Sequence record: NC_027402.1
Reading direction: 5' to 3' (one strand)
Length of the DNA stretch: 64,000 bases
Part shown: positions 37,576 through 47,388 of the stretch, one piece after another
Numbering within the stretch: position 1 is the stretch's first letter
Layout: each line of letters opens with the position of its first letter
Made by a program: the position numbers and the translations under genes
The notes under the pieces: model-generated
What the model was told of the DNA's origin: nothing
The model's input: the letters and a program-made list of their open reading frames with translations, nothing else
Databases searched by the model: none

Positions 37576-40500
37576 ATGATTTTTCTGAAACAGTTTAACC
37601 AGCGCTTTACCGTGCGCAAGACCGATGAGTTCGGTCGCCCGCGTATTATCCCGCTGGAGAAGCTCCAGCTCCCACGTGGTTCTATCTACCACACCATCGA
37701 TTTAGACCAGGTGGTTTTAGCGCCGCCGTTAACTACACCGTGTTTTGGCCAGCTGGAAAAACCGGCGATGATTCGCCATCACTTCCAGCTACCTGAAGAC
37801 GGCATTATTGGCCATCCGCGTAAGAAACCTGTTGTTGGCCAAGAACGTCAAATCTTCCAGTACCATCGTAACAACCGTCGTATTCGTCGCATGATTGAAG
37901 ACGGCGTGGTACGTTCCGATCCAAAAGTGCTGCTCATCGAAAACTACACCCCGATGCTGCCGCATTATTTCTACCCTGATACTCTGATGTCCTGGTACGA
38001 ACGTCTGCACAACATTCAGCTGCTGATAACTAACCAGATGAAAACTGACTCACGTGAGTACATGCGTCAGAACTACTACATCATCGAACTGGGTAACGTA
38101 CTGCCTTCTTTCGATCGTTTTAAAATGACGTATAACGATCGTGTTAAAACCAAACTGGAGCGCTTTAAGGACTTTAATCTCCTGTGGTTACTGGAACTGT
38201 TCGGTTGGGCTTACGGCGATCAGCAAGCAACCCTGTTTGACGGTATGGACATGAACCAGCTGTCACGTGTGAACTTTATCTTCACGCACAACGGTGGTTT
38301 TACATCCATGAACATGGGTGTAATTGAAAGAATGCGTAAGTCTGCCGGTGGTCGTTTGACTGACGTACAAATGGGTAGAATGTTCTACCGTACGTTGACT
38401 ACCGTGATGACTGTACCGCCGTCTACTGACTACGAAGATGATAAGTTCGTTACACCGGAAGGTGACGAGCGTGTCCATCTGGGTGAGGACGACGATGCTG
38501 TTGATACCGTTGCCAATAAGCCGGAAGAAACCCTCGATATCGTCGATGACGAAGCAACACAAGGCGACAACGTTGACGATACATTGAACGATCATGAGTT
38601 CGATGAGAAAGAAGATCTGGTCATCGAAGCACCGAAAGAAGATGTCAAACCAACCACCATCGTCGTAGAACGCACCATCCCACACGATGCTGTGATTAAA
38701 CAGGAAGTTGAGCGCCTGGCAGAAGCGGGCCGCGTCACCGCCAAAGCGTATCAGTTCCTGAACGAATCTTCTAAACGTTTCGTAAACTTACCCAACCCGT
38801 ACAATCCTAAAGAGACGTACGGCGAAGGTCTGACCATCGATCCGAAGAAACTCGAAGTTAAAGCCGAGCCTAAGAAGATTGAACGCTTAGTTACGGATGA
38901 AGCCTGGGCGGAAAATACCACCGACCAAATCATTCGTCAGTACAACCAGGAAATCTTCCCGAAAGATGTTCTGGGTGCAGTGGCGTCATCTCAGCGTCTC
39001 GGTTTGGCGATTCACAATCACACTGTTGAGAAAGAGATTTCCGTTACCGGGAATATCGAACACCACACGTTGCGTATTCAGCCGATTGGCGGAGAACCAA
39101 CCACGGTACGTTTCTCAATTCCTGCATTAACCGAAGACGGTACTTGGGTTGCAAATGGTGTGGAATATACAATGCGTCGTCAGCGCGTCGATGTTCCTAT
39201 CCGTAAAGTGTCCCACGATACTGTAGCGTTAACCACTGCCTACGGGAAGAACTTTGTCCGTCGCAGCGATAAAGTCGTCAATGATTACGGACGTTGGCTC
39301 ACTAACGCGATTATTACTCGTGCAGTCGATCCAAAGAACACCGAAATCACTGATGCAAAACTGGCGAATGTGTTCGATCCGCTGTCTAAACTGCCGCGAC
39401 AATATACCGAAGTAGCGCGTCGTGTAGCAACGTTCAACGCAATTGGGTACCAATGGAACTTTGACATTAAACAGAAAGCGGTATTCTTTAACGAAGGGCA
39501 ACTGGCAGATGCGGACCGTGTCGAGCTGGTACCTGTGGCGAAGAAACCGCGGAGTCATGTCATCGTCGGTATGGATAAAAACTCCCAGCTCTATCGAGTG
39601 GATAAGGATAAGACCGAACCACTGGGTACACTCGCCGAAGTCTTTGGCGTGGACACCGCTAAGGCTCCACGTGAAATGACTGAATTGTCACTGATGGGTA
39701 AATCAATCTCGCTGGGCTTTGTGTTTGCGTACTATCTCGGATTAACCGGGATGTTGAAACACTTTGGTATCAGTTACGAGGTTCTCTCTGTCGGACAACG
39801 TATCGATAAAGGTCAGTTCGACTCCATTATTCGTCTCCAGGATGCGAAAATTGCAATTGTCTGCGAGAACGATCAACAGAGGATGATTGTCAACGGCTTA
39901 GACCGTTACATTAAACACTTTACCACGTATACCGAGTCGGAAGTTGACCGGGAAGACATTTACCTGAACCTGTTACGCGATGCAGATGGGCTAACACCAC
40001 GCTACATCAAAGAGCTGAAGCTGATGCGGACCGCATTTGTTGACGACATGCACGCGCGTATCCTCAGGAAAATGGGCGAGCCGGAAACCTTTATCGGCTT
40101 ACTGGAGCGTTCTAACGAACTGCTGCAGACGGACCACACGTTACCGGAAATTAACGGTGACGAAATGATGTTCATCGGGAACCAACGTATTTCGTATCAC
40201 ATCTACACCGCGATGGTGCGGGCGATGCGTAACTACAACAACGCGCCTAACTCGAATCGTAAGTTTGAGTTGACGCAGGACATGGTGTGGGGTGCAATTA
40301 ACTCCGACCCGTCAGTTCTGCTGGCACCTGGCGCAAACCCGGTACAGAACATCAAAGAAAAGGATGTCGTTACCATGGGCGGTACAGGCGGTCGTAACCG
40401 CAAAACCATGGTCTACAGTACCCGTGAATTCCAACCGAGCGACCTGGGGATTGTCTCCGGTAACACGGTCGATAACGGCGACGTAGGTATCACCGCCTTT

Positions 40501-41781
40501 GCAACAAACAACCCGCGCTACGATACCGTGGACGGCACGACCTTTAAAAAGGACCTCGATAAACTGAAGCCGGGTGAGGCGCTGTCGTTTATTGATGGCT
40601 TGGTGCCGGATACCCTGATGGACGATGCTAAGCGTCAGAACTTCGTTGGGATTCAATTCGGTTCTGCGACCAGTTGTGTTGGCGCAACCACCACACCGTA
40701 TCGTACCGAGCAAGAAAAGTTCGTGGCACACCGTACTTCTGTGAAGCACGCACGCGTAATCGATAAACCTGGCAAGATTGTGGAGGTTCTTAACGACCAC
40801 GTTAAAATCAAATACGACGACGGGGAGGAAGAAGCTTTCCCACTGGGCCGTTGGTTCGGTCCGCACGAAGGGACTTACTACCCACACACCCTGGTAACGA
40901 AATGGAAGCGCGGAGATAAACTCCCTGCCGGTGCCGTTATCACGTACAACGAACAACACTTTGAACCAGACATCTACGATCCAACGCAGGTCAGTTTTAA
41001 AAACGGGATACTGGCAACTGTCGCTTTGATTGAAGGGGAAGAAGTAATTGAGGACTCCAACGCCATTAGTGAGCGGTTCGCTGCTAAGGCCGAAGCCGAT
41101 GTTACCAAACTCAAAGAAGTCACAATGACATTCACTCAGAACCTGTTGGAGATGGTAAAAGAAGGGGACCACGTAGACGTGGATTCAATTCTATGCACCT
41201 TCACCGACAACCTGACTGGCGATATGAGCGGGTTCAGTAAAGAAGCAGCGGAGACGCTGCGTGAGTTAAGCTCCTTTGCACCACGCTCTGGTGTTCGTGG
41301 GTTTATCGACAAAATCGAAGTGGTTTACCACGGCGAGTTGGAAGATATGACCCCGTCTTTGGCGGAGATGGTTCGTAAATACGACCGTATACGTCGGAAG
41401 ACTGCGCTGGCTCTCAAACGTGACGAGCCGAAGGACGGTCGAGTCAACGGTGATTTTCGTGTTGAGGGGGTGCCGTTAGCGTACAATAGCCTGTGTGTCC
41501 GATTCTACATCACACACCGGGTAGAGATGGCAGCAGCGGATAAGATGGTTATTGCTAACCAGCTGAAAACGACGGTTCAGGAAGTGATGTATGGAACCAA
41601 CAAAACGGAAGACGGGCAGGAACTCGACATTATCTTTGGTCGTGATTCCGTCGACGCACGTATCGTAGGTTCTATCATGCGCATCGGAACCACCAACGCT
41701 GTCGGGTATCGTGGTGGGGAGAACATCGGACGCATCTTAGATGGTGAAGACGTCCCAGCCTTGCCGGCTAAAATCAACTAA
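37576..41781 (+). CDS. virion RNA polymerase beta subunit, large N-terminal fragment (phiKZ gp178-like)
   Basis: 1401 aa; NGVEY...RQ, GGTGGR, D.G.VS...D.GDVG, DDAKRQNF, EDSNAISE and DKMVIANQLKT...D.IF (RpoB GDK...H.NKG equivalent). Confidence 0.9.
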   Translation: MIFLKQFNQRFTVRKTDEFGRPRIIPLEKLQLPRGSIYHTIDLDQVVLAPPLTTPCFGQLEKPAMIRHHFQLPEDGIIGHPRKKPVVGQERQIFQYHRNNRRIRRMIEDGVVRSDPKVLLIENYTPMLPHYFYPDTLMSWYERLHNIQLLITNQMKTDSREYMRQNYYIIELGNVLPSFDRFKMTYNDRVKTKLERFKDFNLLWLLELFGWAYGDQQATLFDGMDMNQLSRVNFIFTHNGGFTSMNMGVIERMRKSAGGRLTDVQMGRMFYRTLTTVMTVPPSTDYEDDKFVTPEGDERVHLGEDDDAVDTVANKPEETLDIVDDEATQGDNVDDTLNDHEFDEKEDLVIEAPKEDVKPTTIVVERTIPHDAVIKQEVERLAEAGRVTAKAYQFLNESSKRFVNLPNPYNPKETYGEGLTIDPKKLEVKAEPKKIERLVTDEAWAENTTDQIIRQYNQEIFPKDVLGAVASSQRLGLAIHNHTVEKEISVTGNIEHHTLRIQPIGGEPTTVRFSIPALTEDGTWVANGVEYTMRRQRVDVPIRKVSHDTVALTTAYGKNFVRRSDKVVNDYGRWLTNAIITRAVDPKNTEITDAKLANVFDPLSKLPRQYTEVARRVATFNAIGYQWNFDIKQKAVFFNEGQLADADRVELVPVAKKPRSHVIVGMDKNSQLYRVDKDKTEPLGTLAEVFGVDTAKAPREMTELSLMGKSISLGFVFAYYLGLTGMLKHFGISYEVLSVGQRIDKGQFDSIIRLQDAKIAIVCENDQQRMIVNGLDRYIKHFTTYTESEVDREDIYLNLLRDADGLTPRYIKELKLMRTAFVDDMHARILRKMGEPETFIGLLERSNELLQTDHTLPEINGDEMMFIGNQRISYHIYTAMVRAMRNYNNAPNSNRKFELTQDMVWGAINSDPSVLLAPGANPVQNIKEKDVVTMGGTGGRNRKTMVYSTREFQPSDLGIVSGNTVDNGDVGITAFATNNPRYDTVDGTTFKKDLDKLKPGEALSFIDGLVPDTLMDDAKRQNFVGIQFGSATSCVGATTTPYRTEQEKFVAHRTSVKHARVIDKPGKIVEVLNDHVKIKYDDGEEEAFPLGRWFGPHEGTYYPHTLVTKWKRGDKLPAGAVITYNEQHFEPDIYDPTQVSFKNGILATVALIEGEEVIEDSNAISERFAAKAEADVTKLKEVTMTFTQNLLEMVKEGDHVDVDSILCTFTDNLTGDMSGFSKEAAETLRELSSFAPRSGVRGFIDKIEVVYHGELEDMTPSLAEMVRKYDRIRRKTALALKRDEPKDGRVNGDFRVEGVPLAYNSLCVRFYITHRVEMAAADKMVIANQLKTTVQEVMYGTNKTEDGQELDIIFGRDSVDARIVGSIMRIGTTNAVGYRGGENIGRILDGEDVPALPAKIN

Positions 41782-41828
41782 TGTAGGGCGGGTCGCTCCC
41801 GCCCGGTAAATAAACTCCGGAGTTAATA

Positions 41829-42122
41829 ATGGGAATTTTAGATACGCTCAAGCAGCAGCATGGGATTCCGGTGGGTCGTAATAGCACGAATCCGGAAACG
41901 GAAGGTTATTCCCCACAGCAACGTATGAACTTTGTTGTTCTGGGCAATGCGGTTGAATTGGCCACCGAAATTATTCACGGACTGCTGAAGGGCAGCAATG
42001 GCCTGTCTGACCGCATGGGCGATCAGCGTTTGCTGAAACGAGACATCGCTGATATGGTGGGTGCGCGCATTACTGGTCGCATCCAGGATTCCATCAGCAC
42101 CAAAAACGGGGGTCAGGCATGA
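41829..42122 (+). CDS. small conserved hypothetical protein (97 aa)
   Basis: RBS GGAG; ATGA overlap with the next gene. Confidence 0.65.
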   Translation: MGILDTLKQQHGIPVGRNSTNPETEGYSPQQRMNFVVLGNAVELATEIIHGLLKGSNGLSDRMGDQRLLKRDIADMVGARITGRIQDSISTKNGGQA

Positions 42123-43594
42123 TCAACTTATATTCACTTAATGCTGTCACCAACGCAATGAAACTGGCGAAACAACACCAGATTCGTTTGGATGCTGACG
42201 TTGACAGTCCTGTTGGTCTACTGACAAAAGCGACTACGCAGCAGAGCGTTTTCGATACGCAGATAACTGACGAAGAGTTCTTCCAGTCTCTGCCGGATAT
42301 CACTGCACTGAAAACGCCGCAAGCTGGCACGGGCGAAGCGTCTGTAATCGCGGATACGGCAGCGGGTCCAGAAACGCTGAACGTCGAAGACCACGAACCA
42401 ACGCTGTTTGAACTGAAGCGCATGGCCATCCAGCGTTGTCAGGGTATGCTTGACTTTGCCCGTAACGTTATTCAGCCGTTTGTTCAGCTGGTCATCCAAA
42501 ACAACCAGGGTATTGAAAACCAGGCAGTTAGCGAAGAGTGGGCACTCGTACCTGCAGGTATGGACCCGGCGTTGAACTCCCCGGTGGTACAGGCATTAAT
42601 TGATTCGGTAGAGAACCCGCTGGGTAACGGTACCACACATCCCGCAGTTAAAGCTAACGTCCCTGCTGATATCGAACTGCCAGAAACCGGCAGCAAAGCT
42701 TACGACGATCTGGTTAAAGAACTGCTGAATGCTCTGGGTTGGAGTATCAACGAAGCCGTTCGCACCATGCTCGAAGGGAACATGCTCTCTCCGGTAAGCG
42801 ATCGGGCACCACACAACCTGAAACGCAACATTCTGTTTATGTTGCTTTCTGGCTACTACCTGGAAATGCCGTGGAAAGACTCTGGTCTGAATAGCGGGCA
42901 GTGGAAAGCACAGATGCTGCCATTGCATTACAGCTATATCGGCTGGGTTTACGCCTACACCCAGAACATCGTTACACGCATCAAGACCGGTAACATTGTC
43001 TTCGGATACGACAACGTTGAGAAGAAAGTGTATATCTGTCAGGAAGTGATGGACGACTATCTGGAAAAAGGCGGTAGCGTTGAAGCGTTACTGGGCGCTA
43101 TTTACCAACTGGACGAAGGTGACACCAATGTCTCCACGCGTGTAGCTTCACTGTTGGAAAAACAGAAAGACTACATCGCTGCCTGGAGCCACCGTTCCGC
43201 GATTCAGCGTGCTAAGCTCGATAGCAATTGGGTAACACGCAATCGCCAGTCACTGAAACAAGCGTTTAACGTGGCCATCGATGCAACCGATCCTGAACTG
43301 TTCTGGCGTGGAGAAGACGGTCAGGTAGCAACGCCAGAACTCATTAAGCGTTCGACGGCGAGCTTCATCGACGCGTTCTTCACCACCGACACCACCGACA
43401 TCACAGAGTTCGTTATCAAAGTCTCAGCAACCGAAGTCTTTGGTGAGTACGAGCTGTCCAAGCTGATGCTGGATATTCATCGTGGTATGATTGCTAACCG
43501 TCAACCTGACGAGGTAGCGACCGACTGGATGATTAACTACGTTCTGGATTGGATTTGTGGCGGTGTGGTTATTTCTGTACCGAGCAAAGTTTAA
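42119..43594 (+). CDS. probable virion head protein (491 aa)
   Basis: Long helical ORF between the RNAP and protease genes; assignment by recalled phiKZ-like synteny. Confidence 0.6.
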   Translation: MINLYSLNAVTNAMKLAKQHQIRLDADVDSPVGLLTKATTQQSVFDTQITDEEFFQSLPDITALKTPQAGTGEASVIADTAAGPETLNVEDHEPTLFELKRMAIQRCQGMLDFARNVIQPFVQLVIQNNQGIENQAVSEEWALVPAGMDPALNSPVVQALIDSVENPLGNGTTHPAVKANVPADIELPETGSKAYDDLVKELLNALGWSINEAVRTMLEGNMLSPVSDRAPHNLKRNILFMLLSGYYLEMPWKDSGLNSGQWKAQMLPLHYSYIGWVYAYTQNIVTRIKTGNIVFGYDNVEKKVYICQEVMDDYLEKGGSVEALLGAIYQLDEGDTNVSTRVASLLEKQKDYIAAWSHRSAIQRAKLDSNWVTRNRQSLKQAFNVAIDATDPELFWRGEDGQVATPELIKRSTASFIDAFFTTDTTDITEFVIKVSATEVFGEYELSKLMLDIHRGMIANRQPDEVATDWMINYVLDWICGGVVISVPSKV

Positions 43595-43609
43595 TAAAGA
43601 GAGGTGGTC

Positions 43610-44332
43610 GTGAGCGCCATTGAAACAGCACGTCGTGACGCGACGAAAATTCATGCAGATTTAGTGGACCAAGGCACGGCCACCATCACCAAAGGGGGAT
43701 GTTACATTTACATCCCTGTTGGCTTCGTGGCTAAAGAGCTGGCGGTAATTTCTTCGCAAGTAGAAATCGTCGGTATTTTCGCTATCTCCACTGACCGCAA
43801 AACCTACGGGGTATCGAACGTCACGACGTTCATTGAAATTACCCCGTCGGCGTTTGAGGAAATTGATGTTCAGGGTGTGCCGTATTACGAGTTCCGTTTT
43901 GACCCCGGCACGGTGGTGTTCCCCAACCGAATGCTGCAAGTGCTATCCTCGCCAGTCTACAACATCGCTTCGTACATCTACGACTTCGGCAACCGGCCTT
44001 TCTGGTATACCGCAGTAGATGACGCTGAGCTATTGTCTGACACTAAGACGTGGAACGGCTTTACGGTCTTTAACGACCAGATCACCGCTGACTGTTATGC
44101 TGCCCACACACAGCGTAAGGTTGGCGACCCGCGGACGTATTTCCGCTACACCCTGAAAAAAGACAGCGATTTGATGAATCGGGTGCAGTTTATTCCGCTG
44201 CGTTCAGGTTCATTGAACAAAACTTCCAGGTTGGCCAAGATTGCAGATGTGGAGCTGAAACAGGGTATCCGTTCTGCACTCCAGGTCGATCCGGTACGTG
44301 CAGAGCCACTCGAGGATTTGTATATGAGGTAA
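43610..44332 (+). CDS. virion RNA polymerase beta' middle fragment (phiKZ gp176-like)
   Basis: 240 aa from GTG 43610 (RBS GAGGT), immediately upstream of the protease; C-terminal FIPLRSGS...TS..AKI. Assignment relies on recalled synteny. Confidence 0.6.
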   Translation: MSAIETARRDATKIHADLVDQGTATITKGGCYIYIPVGFVAKELAVISSQVEIVGIFAISTDRKTYGVSNVTTFIEITPSAFEEIDVQGVPYYEFRFDPGTVVFPNRMLQVLSSPVYNIASYIYDFGNRPFWYTAVDDAELLSDTKTWNGFTVFNDQITADCYAAHTQRKVGDPRTYFRYTLKKDSDLMNRVQFIPLRSGSLNKTSRLAKIADVELKQGIRSALQVDPVRAEPLEDLYMR

Positions 44333-44394
44333 CTGAGGTAGGGTTATTGTACGTCCCCAATAACCCGCCTCGGTAATAACAACTGGGGAAACCA

Positions 44395-45198
44395 ATGGAA
44401 AACTTGTCACTACGTTATAACTGCGTGGCACTCGCTGGGGTCAATAAAGGGGCAACGCTAAAGAAAGATGCGGACGGGTATTACTACGTCCTGTTAGGTG
44501 CACTGAATATTTTCAACTCTGAGAATATTTACTACGCCTATAACGAGTCAAAACATGTCTTCGAGCGCTCTAACGTTTTCATGCGTAAAGTTTTGGCGGG
44601 GAATCTCTTCGGTGAAGAAGACCATCCGCAATACGAACAAGGCATGAGCGAAGCCCAGTGGATCGAACGTAACGAATGGATCGAAACGCGTAACGTGTGT
44701 ATGCACATTCGCGAAGTAGAAGTGAAACCGACCGACCAGATGTGTAACGGTCTGCCGGTAATGGAAATCTGGGGTTGGATTAAACCTAACCGTGAACGTG
44801 GTCCGCTTCTGGCGGAAGCACTAGAGAACCCACATCAGAACGTGTGTTTCTCACTGCGTGCTATCGTTCGTGAAGGTCGTCTGGGTACGACTATCGTACG
44901 CCGTATCGATAAACTGGTCACCTTTGACTGGGTTATTGAAGATGGCCTGCAAATCTGTAACAAATACTCTGCGATTCAACGCGGTAGTAAAGTGGCACAG
45001 GAATCTACTCGCACTTACGTCGACCGCCCTATCAGTCGTCAAGTGTTGGAAGACATTCTGTACAATCCGACAACGACCAGCGCTGTTGCCACTGAGTCCC
45101 GTCGTGGTGCTCTCCAGCAACTCGCGCAGGAATACCTGCAGCTGGCTCCGAAAGTGTCCAATCTGCGGGTAATGGGCATGGGTGTAAGGAGCTGGTAA
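44395..45198 (+). CDS. prohead (head maturation) serine protease, phiKZ gp175-like
   Basis: GEEDHP (His), NVCFSLRA (Ser) and TFDWV (Asp); C-terminal AQE/ATE/AQE candidate autocleavage sites. Confidence 0.85.
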   Translation: MENLSLRYNCVALAGVNKGATLKKDADGYYYVLLGALNIFNSENIYYAYNESKHVFERSNVFMRKVLAGNLFGEEDHPQYEQGMSEAQWIERNEWIETRNVCMHIREVEVKPTDQMCNGLPVMEIWGWIKPNRERGPLLAEALENPHQNVCFSLRAIVREGRLGTTIVRRIDKLVTFDWVIEDGLQICNKYSAIQRGSKVAQESTRTYVDRPISRQVLEDILYNPTTTSAVATESRRGALQQLAQEYLQLAPKVSNLRVMGMGVRSW

Positions 45199-45202
45199 AA
45201 AA

Positions 45203-45832
45203 ATGGCAGAACATATCGACCCGTCATTAGAGCGGTGGTGTGAACGCCAGATGCCGCACGTCGCCAAAAAGTTGACGTTGCGTAAACTGACTGAACAGCC
45301 GCTGCATTTAAGCAAGTGTAAGATACCGACGTTTTCGCCGCGTATCCCACTTTCGTGCGCGCCAGATGAAGACAAGACCGTGCCCAGGATTTGCTGCTCG
45401 GTAGATTTAGAGCGAGCGATTAAGGGTGCACGTCACAACTTCTCTGCAATCGAAATACCCACACGATTGTATCTTTACGGTTTTGATGAACGTGATGTAG
45501 CGCAGCCTTCGGTCAACCTGACGCAGGAACCGAATCGGGCGGGTGAAGTATGGATTGTACCGCACCGCATGTCGAACTGGGATATCAAACCGATTTACCT
45601 GGGCGAGATGCGGTTGTCAGAACTTCGCAACGGCGGCCACGTTTTTGTCTATCACTTAAGTTTCGGACAAGATGTGCGCCTGTCTACCAGTCAACTGCTG
45701 AAAGCCGGCGAATTTTATCGACTGATTATCAGCGTCAACTGGGAGCGCGGTGAAGTTAAGGTCTCGGAGGCGGTCGCCACTGCGCGTACTGCTTTTGATA
45801 ACGCACTGAACGAATACGTCGTTACACCGTAG
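45203..45832 (+). CDS. hypothetical protein, possible ADP-ribosyltransferase-like fold
   Basis: LHLS...F.PRIP...ED..VPRICCS..L..AI...GEVW. Fold assignment is speculative. Confidence 0.35.
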   Translation: MAEHIDPSLERWCERQMPHVAKKLTLRKLTEQPLHLSKCKIPTFSPRIPLSCAPDEDKTVPRICCSVDLERAIKGARHNFSAIEIPTRLYLYGFDERDVAQPSVNLTQEPNRAGEVWIVPHRMSNWDIKPIYLGEMRLSELRNGGHVFVYHLSFGQDVRLSTSQLLKAGEFYRLIISVNWERGEVKVSEAVATARTAFDNALNEYVVTP

Positions 45833-45887
45833 TGCCTAGTTCGTGGTCTGCAAATCACAACTAAAAACCACTACAGTAGGGGGACGC

Positions 45888-46187
45888 ATGAAGGTCGTTA
45901 ACATCGCAATACCTCCGACCCTTCGTTGTTTGACGCCGGAAGAACTGAAAGCGTTAGCGATCTACGCCATCCAAGGAAAGGCTGGTAAGGAAGTGCTTGC
46001 CGAAATCTTATCGGAACGTTTTGATACAAAACGCAAGATTAATAACATCATCTCCGGAATCGCGTCGCTAGATATCATGGCACTCTATTGCGACATTAAA
46101 GAGGCTGGAGTGACAATCGACTATCGCCGTACTTACTTTCTACTCACTGAGCCGTATCGTTCGAATATGGCAATAAAGCAGATGTAA
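45888..46187 (+). CDS. hypothetical protein (99 aa)
   Basis: ATG 45888 after GGGGGA. Confidence 0.55.
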   Translation: MKVVNIAIPPTLRCLTPEELKALAIYAIQGKAGKEVLAEILSERFDTKRKINNIISGIASLDIMALYCDIKEAGVTIDYRRTYFLLTEPYRSNMAIKQM

Positions 46188-46240
46188 TTTTTTACATGAC
46201 GTTGGTTTCATGTGTTGGGGAACAAAATAAGGACAAGAAA

Positions 46241-46789
46241 ATGTTTTATCTGGATAGCGATGGCGTTTTTGCACGCTGGCGTAAATACGTTTTATCCACA
46301 CATTTTCCCGGAATGACGATTAAAGAGTTTAACGCATTACCTGAACTCCGCCGTCGTAGTTTGGTTCGTTCGATGTATCAGAACGATCCTGACCTGTTTT
46401 ACAAACTCGAACCAATTGAGGGTGTAGAGCGAATCCTGGAAACGGTAGATAGACTTTGCGACAGTTGGGCAATACTCACCTCTGGGTCAGAAGATCACTA
46501 CGACCACCAATTGGTTGTGGATTCAAAACAACGGTGGTTCATGAAGCACTTTGGGGTACCAGCTGACAAAGTCATCGTCACCGAAAGTTCAGGGCAGAAG
46601 AAAGCTTACGCCTCGCGAGGTAATTTGCTTGTCGACGATTATGGTCGTAACTGTCGAGAATGGATTTTGCAAGGTGGCGCGGCAATATGGTCGCGAACTG
46701 AAGAACCGAACATTGATGGCATTTGCCTCCAGTGTGAAGCGTTCTACAATGACCCGATTACACACTCGGGGACACTACTGCAAGTCTAA
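46241..46789 (+). CDS. HAD-superfamily 5'(3')-deoxyribonucleotidase-like phosphatase
   Basis: Motif I FYLDSDGVF, motif II ILTS, KQRW..KHF, and LLVDDY..N..EW...GG. ATG 46241 after TAAGGA. Confidence 0.82.
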   Translation: MFYLDSDGVFARWRKYVLSTHFPGMTIKEFNALPELRRRSLVRSMYQNDPDLFYKLEPIEGVERILETVDRLCDSWAILTSGSEDHYDHQLVVDSKQRWFMKHFGVPADKVIVTESSGQKKAYASRGNLLVDDYGRNCREWILQGGAAIWSRTEEPNIDGICLQCEAFYNDPITHSGTLLQV

Positions 46790-46797
46790 GCTCCACT

Positions 46798-46840
46798 AGG
46801 CTCATCCTATCTTCGGATACGGGTGAGCCTTTTTATTTTA
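46798..46840 (+). terminator. intrinsic terminator
   Basis: AGGCTCATCC-TATC-TTCG-GATA-C-GGGTGAGCCT followed by TTTTATTTT. Confidence 0.85.
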
Positions 46841-46852
46841 TTAATTGCATTC

Positions 46853-46880
46853 AAAAAGAACTGAGATATATATTACTTAG
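46853..46880 (+). promoter_or_regulatory. putative early promoter
   Basis: AAAAAGAACTGAGATATATATTACTTAG, which contains the phiKZ early consensus TATATTAC exactly; sits just after a terminator. Confidence 0.7.
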
Positions 46881-46935
46881 GTGAGCGTTACACGTTAACG
46901 CTTTAATCGACTATTACCCAGAAGGAGTATTTACA

Positions 46936-47334
46936 ATGACTAACCAACTACGCCAAGACCCCTTTGTTGCCATGATGCTTTGTGCTAAAGCCGAGAGCAA
47001 CGAAGCCGATTTAATTCGTCTGTTGACTGATGACGAATACCTTATCGCTGAGCGCGATAAACGTTTAAAAGAACTCTACAAGCCAGAAACCGGTGAATCG
47101 CTCGACAATCAAAACGCCTGGAAGTTTCTTATTCTCATTGCTGATGAAAAGTGGCGAGCAGAAAATCCCATCGTCTGTGATATTATAGACCTACCGTACA
47201 AATACGGTGGACTCATCACCAGCGACCTGCATCTTAAAGCGTACTTTGATGGCGAAGCAATACAAGAGCTGCAAGATGTTCTTATTACAGCAACGAACAC
47301 TTTGAGACGTTTGCGCGCTGAGCAGCTGATCTGA
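46936..47334 (+). CDS. hypothetical protein (132 aa), probably early
   Basis: RBS AAGGAG; first gene after the promoter motif. Confidence 0.7.
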   Translation: MTNQLRQDPFVAMMLCAKAESNEADLIRLLTDDEYLIAERDKRLKELYKPETGESLDNQNAWKFLILIADEKWRAENPIVCDIIDLPYKYGGLITSDLHLKAYFDGEAIQELQDVLITATNTLRRLRAEQLI

Positions 47335-47388
47335 TCTCTCAAAAATAACGAATCGTACAAATCCTTTGACTGTGTAGGAAGGAATAAA

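Noticed and set aside
40312-41172. 286-aa minus-strand ORF inside the RNAP beta gene
   Set aside because: Antisense shadow of a conserved gene; composition lacks any recognisable domain.
41786-41804. Hairpin GGGCGGG-TCGCT-CCCGCCC as a terminator
   Set aside because: No U-tract on either side, so it was not called a terminator; noted only alongside the terL hairpin.
44851-45375. 174-aa minus-strand ORF across the protease and the next gene
   Set aside because: Overlaps two supported plus-strand genes; no RBS.
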